NCBI GenBank assembly: GCA_904063045.1
Contig: CAJFCJ010000011.1
Coordinates: 806,001-870,000 of the forward strand
DNA length: 64,000 nt
Direction: 5' to 3'
Source of the DNA: Dimorphilus gyrociliatus
Lineage: Eukaryota > Animalia > Annelida
The translations under genes were made by a program, and so were the position numbers. Every line of letters starts with the position of its first letter. Positions within the stretch are counted from its first letter, which is position 1. A model generated the notes under the pieces. That model saw only the letters and a program-made list of their open reading frames with translations, was not told the DNA's origin and made no database searches. This document shows positions 1-16,389 of the stretch, piece by piece.

Positions 1-30
1 TTTTTAGCTTACAGTTTTAATACTTCCTAG

Positions 31-2011
31 AAATCATACCAAGATCGATACTGACAACGGTATTTCAAGAACGACACTATCTTATGATAGCTATGGGAGA
101 CGGAACTTTATATTACTTTTTAATCAGTCCATTTGATGGTGAGCTTATACACTGTTTCTTACACCTTGACATTCCTAATAAGAATAACTCCTAGGCAATA
201 TTCACAATCGTAAAAAAGTGACTCTTGGAACGCAGCCTCTTCATATTCGTCATTTCACATGGAGGGGAATTACAAATGTCTTCGTTTGTTCTGATCGGCC
301 GACTGTTATATTTTCTTCAAATCAAAAGCTGGTTTTTTCAAATGTTAACTTAAGGACAGTCAGCTATATGTGTTCTATAAATTCAAAAAACTACAAGGAC
401 ACGTATGTACTATCAATTTGACATTGGAAATACAAAAATATTGTTTTTTGCAGATTATTGTTAGTCAGTAATGATGGTATATTATTTGGTGAAATTGATG
501 AAATGCAAAGACTTCACACTAGAACCTTTGAACTGAACGAAAGTCCGCGAAGAATAGCATATCAACCGGAGACTAAGACATTTGCTTTGTTAACCAGCAG
601 ACGAGACACGAGGGGAAAGGGCAGTAGACAGACAAACCATTTGCGAGAATCTGCTAGCACTGGTTGCTCAAGCGTTACAACAAGTGAAATATCACCTATT
701 ATTCTGAAAAATTTAAGAATACCTAATTTTAAGGAGGGTGATATTATGGAAATGTTTAATGTGCTTTTTTTAGATCAGTATACTTTTGAAGTCATTCATT
801 GTCACAAGTTTCAACCATACGAATATGCTTTGTCAGTTTGTACTGCAAGTCTGGGGAAAAGTAAGGAGACATATTTTGTTGTTGGGACAGCATTCGTTTT
901 ACCAGAAGAAACTGAACCTAAATATGGCCGTCTATTTGTTTTTAAGAATGAGCAGGGATCTATTAGACAAATATCAGATGTTGATGTACAAGGAGCTCCT
1001 TATTCGATGACTTCCTTTATGGATGATAAAATTGTTTGTACTATAAATGGAACAGTACGAGTTTATGAAATGGGAGCTGATAATTACTTAAATTTAGTTT
1101 GCTCCTATTTTAACAATATTGTGGGACTCTATTTAATAGTAGATAAAGAACGAATTTACATCGGAGATTTATTCAGAAGTGTCACTGCCATAGAGTATAA
1201 ACCCGAGACTGATGAGTTAAAAGGTTGTTTATAAATTTTAATTACAAATGTTAAAATTAATATATTTCATAGAAATTGCCCGCAATTATTCTCACCAATG
1301 GCTAACAACTTTCGCTGTTCCTGAAGCTGACACAGCGATTTGTGCAGATCATTGTTGTAATGTTTTTGCATGCACAAGAGAAGAACAAATGAATCAAGAT
1401 GGAGAACTAGATACAGAAATGAAAGATTGTGGGCTTTTTCACTTAGGGGATTCCATCAATGTTATCAAAAAAGGATCTCTTGTTAAACAAGACTTAATGG
1501 ATAGATCTATTGAACTTGGAGTAATGATGCTTTTCGGCACAATAAGTGGTGGAGTCGGTGTTGTTGTTCAAATACCAAAAAACTACTTCGGCCTCTTAAA
1601 AGAACTACAAGACAGAATAGTGAAAATTGTTGGTAGTGTCGGCAAAATAACTTACGATGGGTATTTTTTTACAACTTAATTAAATCTGCCTTTCACATTC
1701 AATATTATTGCTCAAAACAAAGCCTGCTTTATATCAATTTTTTTCAAAATTTTAGGTGGAGAAACTATAAAGATGATAGAGGAGAAAAGCCATCATATGG
1801 ATTTATTGATGGGGACATAATCGAATGCTTTCTAGATCTGCCTATTATCAATCAAGAAGAAATAGTGAAAAATTTAGAGGTAAGTTCTTCAAAAATATAC
1901 TAAAAATCGTCTTCACCTTTATAATTACAGTTGGAAGATAATGGAAGTAGACGTCCAATTGAACATCACGAAATGGTTGGATTAGTCGAAGAATTAAGTA
2001 GAATACATTAA
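31..2011 (+). CDS. DDB1: DNA damage-binding protein 1, 3' part (gene starts upstream of window); exons about 31-138, 195-402, 454-1223, 1273-1660, 1756-1879, 1931-2011
   Basis: Spliced translation gives EIIPRSIL...[58 protein letters not shown] and the C-terminal EELSRIH*, all collinear with DDB1. GT-AG junction phases match. Confidence 0.93.
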
Positions 2012-2159
2012 ACTCTTATAGTCGAAAACCTTGTTCCATTTTGTCTTAAACTAAACTTGTATTTTTGTACCATAAGCTGATGCTTACTAAAATAATAAAA
2101 AATGCTACTGGCAGTAAACAGATGGCGACTCAGTACAAATTATTTTTCGTAAATTAAAT

Positions 2160-3014
2160 ATGGCGGCGCATATAGAGGATAAAGTTATCGATAAATCATT
2201 TTCTAAAGTATACAATCCTTTAAGCAAAGAGCTTAAAAAGGCGATTAACGTTCGCTTAGAGAAGGTGTCAGCTAAATTGGTTTGTCTCAGTGAATAAAGA
2301 TTGAGTAACTACAATATATATGTAATTTTCTATATTATCGCTAACAGCATCCAGAGGCACGTGGTTTTGTGTACATGAAAAGAGTTCCCAACTCTTTAAA
2401 AACACAACAGCTGAAGGAGTATTTCTTGAAATTTGGAGACGTTAAAAACATTAGGCTTTCAGGAAACAAAAAGGTGTAAAATGGTGGCATTTTGTCATGT
2501 GCTTAATCATTTATTCTCATTGCAGAAGAAAAATTTTTTGTCGGGAGTGGTGGAGTTTGAGAATCCAGCACTGGCTGTAGTTATTGGAAATCACTTAAAC
2601 CATTGTGAATCTTTTCTTTCTTATTTACAATGTAAGATTTTATTATAACATTTATGCAATTATGAAAAGTTTAGAGTATAATAGGTAACTATTTGGATGA
2701 AAGTATACTATATGATCAAGTTTACAAAGGAAACAACAAACATCTCAGACCACTTGAAACAGGAGGAAAGCCAAGAAAGAGCTGCTCAAGAAAAATTATT
2801 TATTTAGACTCAAAATTAAAACAAAAGTTGAGAATGATGGAAACTCTTGGTCTCTTTTTGAAATTTAATGCTCCAGTTAGTCTATCATTCTTTTTTTTAA
2901 TATTCTAATTAGAATTCTTTACAGATTCACAATGGTCTCAAATCAAAACGGAAAAGAAAAATCAATGAATCAGATGACCTATTAGACAATTGTTCAAAAA
3001 TTGCTAAGAAGTAA
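2160..3014 (+). CDS. Divergent single-RRM protein, NIFK/Nop15-like (5 exons)
   Basis: Spliced: MAAHIEDK...RGFVYMKRVPNSLKTQQLKEYFLKFGDVKNIRLSGNKKKKNFLSGVVEFENPALAVVIGNHLNHC...KQKLRMMETLGLFLKFNAP...KRKRK. Layout resembles NIFK (GVVY..HLP...YFSQFG.V.RFRLSRS...FVEFE...A.IVAETMNNY) with a basic C-terminus. Confidence 0.6.
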
Positions 3015-3131
3015 AACATCACAGTTAAATAAATTATTTTATTGGATATATTAAACTACTTCAAAAAATTGTTCGACTATTCTTTATATTGTGTTTAACG
3101 GAAAACTTCATCCAGTAAAATCAGTTCAATT

Positions 3132-3825
3132 TTAAAAGACTGGTAAATTCGCTACTATTACAACTACACCCATTAGAAGCGTAAATAGGATAGGGAATGT
3201 AAAAATGTGCCAGATTGGCCATAAACCAATAATCATACTGAAATTTAAATATATATATATATTACTAGGTAAACCGTTATTTAAGAGATTTATGGACAAA
3301 CCACAATGACCCAATTGTAGCACAAGCCGTTGCTGTCGGTATAGCGTATGGATGAAGCTTTTCCCATTGATCGGATGTTCTCTTTTGAATATATGTGACC
3401 CAGACTATCAGGAAAATTGCAATAGATATCATAACGCCAAATAAAAAGATTGCAATATTAAAATAAAATCTGTAAAACATTATATGAAATTTTTTATTCT
3501 TTGTATATATAAGACCTACCGGTCAACTTCAGGATTGTACAAGCAAGTTGAAGCAAAATCGGTTAAATAGAATACCAAAATTGAACAAACCAGCCATATT
3601 ATATTTGAAAAACTTAAAGATTTTTCCTTAGTCTTTTCCAAACCCTTATGGTCATCTTGCTCTGGAGCCACAATTCATTCAACTAATGAACATGGACATA
3701 TGGATACTAAATATTTTAGAAATACTACCATTGATTTTTGGCAGCAAGGGGGCAGTTAAAGTTTCAGCAATTTTAGTTTGAGCTCTGTTACGCAAGTCCT
3801 GGTCTTTAACTAGACAGTCAGCCAT
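3132..3825 (-). CDS. TMEM128: Transmembrane protein 128 (4 exons)
   Basis: Spliced: MADCLVKD...NIIWLVCSILVFYLTDF...WEKLHPYAIPTATACATIGSL...FSMIIGLWPIWHIFTFPILFTLLMGVVVIVANLPVF*. Four hydrophobic segments and a TMEM128-like C-terminal LW.VW...T..LLFT..MGVV motif. Confidence 0.8.
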
Positions 3826-4171
3826 TTTGATAAAAATCTAAAACGAAAGAATGTAAAACTAAAGTAATTCCATAGCTTTCACGGTGTCCACATTATGTTA
3901 TACCCTTCTTAAGCTTCTGAATATGTTTTCTATCTGAAGATTAGTTACAATAGCTTTTAAAGTATTTGAATAAGCTATAATATAGTTGTAAATTCAGTAA
4001 TTTTGTCTTTAATCATGATGTCACAAATCTTCTGGCTTAATAAATTTGATTAATAATTAATTTATTTAGATAATTATTTTATTTTATAACTAAAACTAAA
4101 TGCGCGATAGTATTTAATGTAGGCTTACCAAGGGTCAATTCAAGGTCACAGAGTGCTAATTGTCATTCAAA

Positions 4172-6951
<2,780 letters not shown>

Positions 6952-7546
6952 CTTAAATAACTGACAATTTGTTTATATCCTCTGAACAAGCTGTGTCGAA
7001 AAATAATATCTAATAATAACTGTTAGTAGTAATTCTGTTTTCGAATACTCTTTTAAAAATAGGATTTAATTTATTTCCCCAGAGAGAAAGCCTGTGTGTT
7101 TCTGTTAACTTTCCCATTGTTTTCAAAATTAAAGTAGAATTTTAAATCTAGATAGTCAACTACTAACTATGTTAATGATGAAATTATACATACAAAATGT
7201 GTTCTGCGTGAGACGAAAAAATGCTGAAATTTCCCTTTAACATAATTTCTATATAACTTATTGCCTCATTTTATTGTATGTACTCATCACAATATATTTT
7301 ACGTTTTTAACTCAACTCCATAATAAAAGTATATATACAGTATATATTAATATTCAGTATTTGTATCTAGTCAACTATTAGCAATAGTTGAGGCTATTTT
7401 GCCGAATTTATTTTTTCAAGAAGCTTTATAGATTTCATATTTCTTTCAGCTTGTGCATATCAATTTAAAACACAACGTATACAGTATAAAGCAAAACTAT
7501 TATAAAAGGTTAATTTTAAGTTCACCCAGAAACTTTCATTTGGTGT

Positions 7547-9511
7547 TTAAACCTTATTCATAACATCTCTTTGTCTTTCAGTAATTCCATACAATAGCAA
7601 AGGCGACTTGAATGTTTTGCCTTCAATGCTTTCTTTGAGGTCCTGTAAAGAAATAGATAATATTTTTATTATTTTAATATCAATTTACTATGTGATTTAC
7701 TTACCTCCCCAGAGTAGGACCTCAGAGGAGATATCTCACAGACAAAATCCTCTTCTTTTCTAAAAGGATATTAGCTGTCAATTAAAACAGATGTAACAAG
7801 TTAGCCTACTCTGTATTAGAAAAGCTTCCGCCAGCTTTCACAACATAACGTCTACAGAGATCAAGAAACATATTTTTGCAAGTAGTCGGAGTTGAATCTT
7901 TTGCTCCATCAGCATTTTTAAGTGGTGAAAATTCATCATCTCGAGATACTTCCCATACAACAAAGCGCCTAAATAATAAAGATGAATTAAAATGAACTCA
8001 AATCTTAATGGGGATTTTTTCCGGCTAACATGCCGGAATTTTTAAAAAAATTACTTTGCAAATTGAAAAACATCGAAGACATATTTCTCCATTTTTATAC
8101 CATTAGGCATAGTTGGTTTTTCCGTCTCTCCTTTTTTATTTAAAAACGGAATCTTCTTTTTTGCGACATGATGCAAAAGTTCTTGATTACCACTATAGTA
8201 TTTAGAGATATTTTATTTTTATCTATCTTATTCTAAAAAATACGCACCTACAAACTTTCATTAAAAAATCAAAATGAAAATAATGATTAGTGATATTACC
8301 AACTGAATACAACAAACTGCCATCACAACATCGCTTTTCTGCAGTTTCCGAAGTTATTTCAGTATATTCAACAACCTCAAAATGATCCTTAACTTTGCAG
8401 ATAACTCCAACAGCTTCTGCCGGATCTGTTTTTTCAACAAATTTTGCCCCACAGCAGGCACTTTGAGATAAGCAAAATCCGATGAACGCGGGATCGGCTA
8501 ATTTTACCAATATGTTGTCCACCCCGTAAACATGAACATGTTGAATACCGCGCGTCTTCATGTCTTCAAGAATCTAAAAAAAAGGTTGAATATACTGTAT
8601 AGTATATGATATCAAATAAAAAAATTTATTACATAGTTTGTCTTTAAAGCCTTGTACAATCCTCCATTGCCGTCAGGAGCTTTAGATATCTTAAAGGGAG
8701 ACTCTAAAATAATTTTACCCTCAAAACTAAAACAGGGTAGCATATGCTGCTCAAAGATGATTACATTTTCACTTTTTAAACCAAAATAGTTATTCATTTT
8801 CAGAAATTCCTCTGTGGACTCTTTTGTGTGTTCTGATGTCATAATATACCAAGTGACAGTAGCAGATGGAGAATTTGTATGTTGTTTTGCATTTTCCTGA
8901 ACTTTCAGAATTTTTTCAGCTTGAAGTTGATACAGAGTTTTGTGTGAGGGCAAACCAACATCATACATTCCCTTTGGATAGGGTACGCCGAGACGAGTTC
9001 CTTGACCACCAGCCAACAGGATAAGAGCAACTTTATTTTTTGAAATTTCTTCGTAACCTTATTTGAAATAACAACTAAGTATTATACATATTTTGTTGTG
9101 AATTTGCGCTTGATTTAAAAAGTTTTATTCTTAGTTGAATCTATTGATTGATTTTTTAAAATACGCAGTAAACATTCCTCCTACTCTTTAAAATTATTCA
9201 AGCTGGATCATTCGGGGGATAGTAAAACAAGTTTACAAAATACCTTTTAGAGTGAAGTTTGAAAGTTCATCAGGTGAACTCTTTATGGAAGATCCAATAA
9301 TTTCCTTTGGAAGAGGTTCAATGATCTTATCAAGCTTCGTTGTATTTTTCATTCCTTCAATACACTTTTTGAAAATAGAGTTTACTTCAAAAAAATCAAA
9401 CAATGAAAGATCTTTAAACAATAGTGCTTGCTCTTCCTCGTTTAGCTCATCTAATTTCTCAATCAAATGCGACTGATCTGTGCAGTGCACAACTTGTTTT
9501 ATTTTTTCCAT
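7547..9511 (-). CDS. UAP1: UDP-N-acetylhexosamine pyrophosphorylase
   Basis: [93 protein letters not shown]; multi-exon, stop at 7547-7549. Confidence 0.95.
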
Positions 9512-10190
9512 TTTAGTGATTCAATCAAAGAATGAAAATGCACAACAAAATTTTTATTTCAGTACGTAATAAATCAATTTATTACAGTTGACGTTTGAAC
9601 AACCCAAATGTCTAGATTATAAATGTAATTGAAAATTGATTTTTAAGAATTTACTGAGAGATCAATGCTTCCAGAAATACGCAATAGAATTAGATGGAAT
9701 ATCTGTCGCTTAATGTGGGCGTAGACAATTATCTATTGTGTCTATAAATAGCTACTTGTTGAACCTATAACTGAAATGTTTTAATCTACAAGATAATTTG
9801 ATAAATGTGAGAAAAATGAAATAGTAAATCTGAAAGACGCTAATGGAAATTTATTTGCTAAGTGTAATAAAATTATAGTTTCTAGTTTTAATCAATATTT
9901 GAAATTATAATAAATGTGTTTAGAAAAAATTAAGCTAATTCCATTTGAAAAATAAATGATATTTAAATCGCCCCCTCTGTTGGCTGAAACGAGAAACAAT
10001 ATCTAGGTAAAAAAAGATACTTTCATACTCTTTACCTATTCATATTGATATGCTTTCAAACGAATGATACTATATACTGTGGGTGAAAATAATTTAAAAA
10101 TTTAAAATGGCATAAATCAATGCTCGGTTCGTTTATTAATTCATCTTAAACTTGAACATTTTAGAATAATGTTGAAAGCGGAAACTTAGA

Positions 10191-13100
10191 TTAGTCGTAG
10201 AGGTTATCCGTCTTGGAGTCACTATGATCGATATCATTTATATACTTTGATTTTTGTCTGAACCATTGAAAAAGTTTTTCGTCGAAATATTTATTGTTGA
10301 GAAAGTCTTCCCAGACGGAATATTTAGAAGGATGTTGTCTTTCTGCAGGACTTTCAAGATTTGCAGAAAATTTCTGACTATTCATTGAAGACTGTGTTGT
10401 CTCGTGATCCACCTAGAAAAGTATAAAAATAAAGGTAAAGTACAATAAAGTCTGGACACATATGACATGCTGAAGATATGCTGTATATAAAGAATAACTT
10501 TTTAGTATTTTAGACATAATGTTGATTAATAGAAGAAAGTGAGAGTAGTTGATATCACCAAAATAGCCTCACGAAAACTGCCGAAATTAATGAAACTGAC
10601 ATACCTGGTGATACGACATTTTTATAACTTTCTCTATCTTTTTTTAAAGACTGGTTAAAAATAAAAAAGATGATAAAAAATATTGACATTTTAAAATAAG
10701 TTGTTTGATCTTTATCATGAGATGCTAGCACTAGCAGTATTCGAGCAACATGTTTATATTTTAATAAGTTTACTCACTTTTTCTAAGTTGAGATAATGAT
10801 CAGTGTAGTATTTGGGGTAGTGCACTGTACCATAAAATTTAAAGCTAACGTCCGTTAATCGTCCATAATTATTCTTTCTTTCTCCAGAATCCCTTACAAT
10901 AAGAGTCCATTCACCGTTGGGATTTTCACCCCACGAATGCACACTCATGAAAGGCCAATATTTTAATCCATCACTTGAATTATCAGCTGGTCGTTTTGGT
11001 AGCAGGGTTGTATCTGTTTGAGTCGGAGATTTTAATATAATATGAAGATCTCCCCTTCGTGTATAAGACATGTTGACCATAATAACTACATGTTCAAGGA
11101 AGCGAATCTTACATGTTTCTACCTTGAATTTAATTTTTAATTCATCACCGCTTGTCAATATCTGTGGAAGTTGATGCCTGTTAGACAATTTTTCACAAAT
11201 TTCCTGAGGAGAAACGTTCTCCCAAGTGCTTTTGTCTGCAGCATTGACTAATCCAACCGCATTTAATAAACCAAAGCCGAAACGACTATTAACCCAAAAT
11301 CCGGCTCCATTTTTCTTCCAGCCTTCATTTTCTTGTAAAGGTTCTTTTCTAGATGTGAAAGCGACTAAGTGCTGAAGATCTCTCCAAGTTATTGTTGGGT
11401 TGGCTTGCAGAACTAGTGCGAATATTCCAGCTGCCATTGGAGCTGCGGCCGATGTTCCGGTATGTCTATTTGTACATTTATTATGAAGATCAGTGCTAAT
11501 AACCATTGCTTGATCCGGTCCACTCCCTGAGCAAAAGAATTATCTGACGTTTAGAATTATATAGTTCAAATAGCCAAGCTATTTAAACAGAGTCTTGACA
11601 TGGACGACCAAATTTGTATTAAATATAAGGTTATTATCTTAAACATTCTCACCTGATGAGTAGGCAGTTGTCATGGTACTTGGACATTTTTCAGAATACC
11701 ATGGAGTCGTTCTACTTTGTGTTGCGGAAGATACAGACAGTGTATATATAGAACTAGTATATCCATCGCAACTGCAACTGTCACCATACGCTCCTCCATT
11801 ACCCGAAGCCCAAACATATATAACACCAAGACCTCTTCTGCCATATTTGGCACCCTCTTCTAAAGCTTTACTCGTTAACCTGCTCGGACCTTCCATGGTT
11901 TTTCCATTATCTTTCGGTCCCCAGCTAGAAGAAAAGATATCAACATATTGGTTTTTAAAACTTAATGCTGCGGCCTCCAGTCCATCAGTTACTGTTCCAT
12001 CTAGCATACGAATTCCTCCTATTTTAGCATCGTATGCAACGCCAGTTCCACAAATTTTATTATCAGCCTCCATTGCAACTTCACCAGCGCATCTCGTTCC
12101 ATGACGATTCTCATCTGTTGGATCATATCTTGGGAAGGGATCAGGATCATTACCGTTTAAGTCAGTACTTGCTAATGGATCCTACAGATGTTAAAGGACT
12201 TATAATGATTTTCAGTAAAAAAATACCTTACATAGTTTTTTATCAAATCCGTATGATTATGTTCTAAGCCGTCATCCAATATGGCTACTCGAACATTTTT
12301 TCCAGTGAAGCCTTTGGCCCAACATGGAATAACTCCAAGATCTTCTTTTACAGTTTTTCCTGACTCAGCAAGAATATTATCATTACTGACGCCTAGGTCT
12401 CTTTTCTAAAATAAAAATAAGATGCTAATGAAGAGGCAGTAAAAAGAAAGAGAATCTTTTCAAGTTCGATTGATAGGGTAAGATTGAAGTTTATTCAGGA
12501 CTAAAGAAATTTTGACTGGGGTCAATTAATACGTACGAGATACCATTCATCACCAAAAAGTTTATCATTATAGTAGACATTCCGATAGGCTTTATCTGAA
12601 TCTCTTTTGCTGATAATAGAGCGCTTGACTCTACTAATGGCAACTTGTTGCTCCGCCCATTTTACCTGAAACGGAAGAGAGAACTCTAACAGCTGTTTTA
12701 TTAAATAATATAAAAATTATAGAAAAAAATCAATAGCTTTGTGGTTTTGTATGTAATTGTATAATTAAATGTTTATGGCACAATATGTTGCAAATGCAAA
12801 AAGAAAACTTTTTTGATTGGAAATTCATAGCGATTATAAATCAGATGAAATATTTTATAGTTTTACATTTTTTCTTTTAAACTGATGGCCACGGTACACT
12901 TATCATGGTTTACACTAAAAGAAATAGTCGTCATTTTATATTCATTAAATAATATTTTATTACTTTAAGTCCAATAGAGCTCAAGTTTGACGTTAAATTC
13001 ACTCTATCGTAAGGTAAGAAACTGTTGATTGCATTTTCGCCGCGGGAAGGGAGTTATATTGCAAACAACGCTTAAGCACGAATAGCAACGATAAGGACGG

Positions 13101-13818
13101 CGTTTTCATGCACTTATATAACTCACCCTAGGGTCATCGGCCAGCCTTTTAGTATGTTCATGTTCAGCAGCCCTTCTGGAACGATGCTCTCCTTGTTTGG
13201 AAAAAAGGTAATGATCTTCTAATCCACCTATCTGAAGTTGAATTTTTTTTTAAATAAGGTTTCAATAATGTTCGATTCAGAAAATTTCAATTGAACTTCT
13301 CTGAAAAATAATTTAAAGTGTATGAGCCTATTAGACACTATTATGTGTCTCTACTAACGGAAGTCATTAATTATATTTTTCATTAGAAAACTAATAAGAG
13401 CTCAACAAATACTCCCTGAGAGTTTCATGAAATGTTACCTACGTCCAGAGAGACGGCTTTTGACATTTTTCCTGTTCTCTGAATTACAGATGCTAAAAAT
13501 TATGAGTCAAGTATTACACATGATCACGATTCTGCTTGTTTCATTTTTAAATAATAATTTACAGAAAGAAGATAGCATAAATGCTAATTCTTCAATTCAG
13601 ATTTTACTTAAGTGAATTTATAATCTGTGACTATATGCTTCATTGTGATATATAAGGTTAAAACTTACTTGTCCGATGAATTCAAAATCAAAGAGCTCGG
13701 CAACTTCTCTGGCAACTTTTTCTCCCCCTTTAATTTCGGCAGCCCACTCATTAACGTAGTTGTCTAGTGATTCTACATTATACAAAACTAAATATAACCA
13801 TAATATCCTAACAATCAT
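10191..13818 (-). CDS. PCSK1: Neuroendocrine proprotein convertase PC1/3-like (subtilisin/kexin family)
   Basis: Signal peptide, prodomain ending RVKR, catalytic ILDDG / HGTRCAGE / WASGNGG / [11 protein letters not shown]1-type [23 protein letters not shown]-domain RRGDL, no Cys-rich or TM region (unlike furin). Last exon 10191-10412 joins via LEK|gtgagt...ttctag|VDH. Confidence 0.88.
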
Positions 13819-14713
13819 ATTCAGTTGCCAATTGCTGATGCGGCCTCATGCACAGCAATAACTTAATTTATTAGGCCTGACTTTACGCCACCTGGTGTTA
13901 ACGTTTATTAATAATGACCGCATAATAGCAGTTTATCGCCGGAAAGGCTAAAAATATTAATCTATTAATGGAGTAATAACAATGATTAGAATAAAAGTTT
14001 TTAGTTATATTTGAACCTAATCTCAACCTTTATAAACGCCTATAGACGATTATTTGTGTGAAAATTTTCATGCATACTTTATGAAACACTGATTAAAATG
14101 ATTAATGTTACTTTAATATTTTGAACTTTTAAGTGATTTTGACCGAAAAAACTCAAATGAAAAGAAATTCCTTTTAAGTGTATCCAGCATCATCTTTACA
14201 ATCATCAGCAATTAAGTCAACGAATGATAAATATGAATATCTTAACTAATATTTTAGATGTAGCAAATGTTACTGCTTTATCTCTATGAATAGCAGCCAT
14301 TGTAATGAATACAAAATATAAAGGTATTTTGGAATTGATGATTTTTAGAGTGGATATTCTCAATATTTACCTGTTTCAATTCCACAAGATATTAATTAAT
14401 GTGTCTTAAATATAATATGAGCATTTCAAATATTACTTTTGTGATAAACTCACGAAAAAAAATAAAACCCTTAATGCCATCTGCAGGAGAGAACATCAGC
14501 TGTTTATGGAATTATATAATCTTAAACATAATTCACAAGTATATTACTTAAATAAACCACTATTAAATTATATAATTTATCATCGAAAATTGTATTTAAA
14601 AAACTATATTGGTATAAGAAAGTTTTGATTATCTTAATAACATATTACTAGGGCTTGAATAGGTACCATCTTGTTCAGAAAAAGTGAGAAATATAAAAAA
14701 ATAATCAGATCTA

Positions 14714-16389
14714 TTAGAGTTCGTCTTTTTCACTTCGTCCTTCATATTCTCCTAAACTAATTACACCGTCTCTGTTTATGTCTTGTTTATGGAAGATATG
14801 AGAAACCATTGTATTTGGACCATCTTCTCCTCCTAACGATTTATCTTCAAAAAATTTAGCCATCTGTAAATTTAAGTTGTGTAATGCGAAAAATTTTATA
14901 AATGCGATATAAAAATATGATAAGTATAGACTTTCTCTTAGATACTACTAGATAGATTATTTCGGAAAATTAACAGGTTATTATATATTTTGTAAAGAAT
15001 AAGTAAAATCTAGAATTCCAGTGCCTAAGATATTTTCTTAAGCAAAGGTCTTGAAATAACCTCTAATAATATTATACTGTCACATAATTAAACGTTTGCT
15101 TAGCTTTTCAATTTTATAGGTATCTTTTTCAAAAGAAATATTTATTTGTTTGATTAATTTGTCTGTTTATCTTGTCTCTCTTTCCAATTGTTATATATCT
15201 CATCTTTTATTTTAGCATTTTCCCTCATTTTTGAAAAATTTTCGCCAGCTCTTCTGTATAGAAATGACATAAATTCGTCGTCTTTTATGTCATCTAAAAA
15301 TTCTTCCAAAGTAATAGCATTGTTGTTGTCTCTGTCTTCCAATTCGAAGAGGTTTTTAATAAACAACATCTGTTCGTCATTAGATCTTTCCTGGACACCA
15401 TGTTTTAGATCAACCCAATCGTGAAATGATTTCATCTGTTGGGAAATTTTGCTGATGTTTGACAAAAATTTCAAATTCCATGAACAAATATTTATAGCCA
15501 TAAATTACCTGTTTTTCACTTTTCTATTTGTTGTGCTAATTTATACTTAACAGACGTAATCAAAAAAGCCAAGCAAACACTAAGAAACAAAGTGATCAAA
15601 CCTCCTCTGGAGATATTTCATTATCTCCGTTTACATCAATTTCCCTAAATATGTCTCTTTCCTCCTGCTTCTCCAAAATTTCCAAAAGTGTAACCTCGAC
15701 TAATATGACGGAGTTTCCTGGTATGAGTTCTAAATTCGATATTTATCCGTTAATTATTGATACTTTAAAAAACTTGCTCTAAAACCCACCAGATTCTTCT
15801 TTTCCGTAAGCGAGATGTGGAGGAATTTTTAGTTTTTTTTTTTCGCCGACACACATTCCTTCCATTCCTAGATTTTATTTGAAACAGAAAATAGTAGAGT
15901 AAATTAACCTTAACACAAATATTTCCCATAAGCAGTGATTTTTTTTAGAAAAGCGAGAAAAATAAAATGTTCTTTATATAAATTTATACCTCGTGTCCAT
16001 CCCTCTAAAATATTTGATACGCCTAATCGAAGACGTAATGGGGTTTTCCTATCGTAACTGAAAAATAAAAAGAAAGAAATGTATTTTGTTTATTTCAAGT
16101 AAAAGCTGTACGCTCTTATTTTTTCTTACCTCGAGTCAACGATGATTCCATCTTGCAATTTTACTTCATAGTCTATTAAAATCTCGTCTCCCAGGTCGCT
16201 TTTACTTTCGCAGTTTTCATTGCCTGAAGTACTAATTTCTTCCAGCTCCGGTAGATTTTCATCTGTATCATCGTATATAGGTCTTTCGATAGGTCCTAAT
16301 GGTACTTTTCCAGGTTTAGGGGGGGGTATCTCTTGTAGAATAACATAATTTATTAAGAAGAGGGACAAAAAGTATGTCAAATAGTTCAT
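14714..16389 (-). CDS. Secretory-pathway FKBP-type PPIase with two EF-hands (FKBP7/FKBP14 family); KDEL isoform ends at 14714, alternative terminal exon 15154-15435
   Basis: Signal peptide; FKBP domain (GDEILIDYEVKLQDGIIVDSSYDRKTP.RLRLGVSNILEGW..GMEGMCVGEKKKLKIPPHLAYG...IPGNSVILVEVTLL); EF1 FREIDVNGDNEISPEE; EF2 HKQDINRDGVISLGEY; terminal KDEL*. Confidence 0.9.

Noticed and set aside
11671-12267. Overlapping ORFs on both strands within the convertase catalytic exon
   Set aside because: Shadow frames of a conserved coding exon with no recognisable features.
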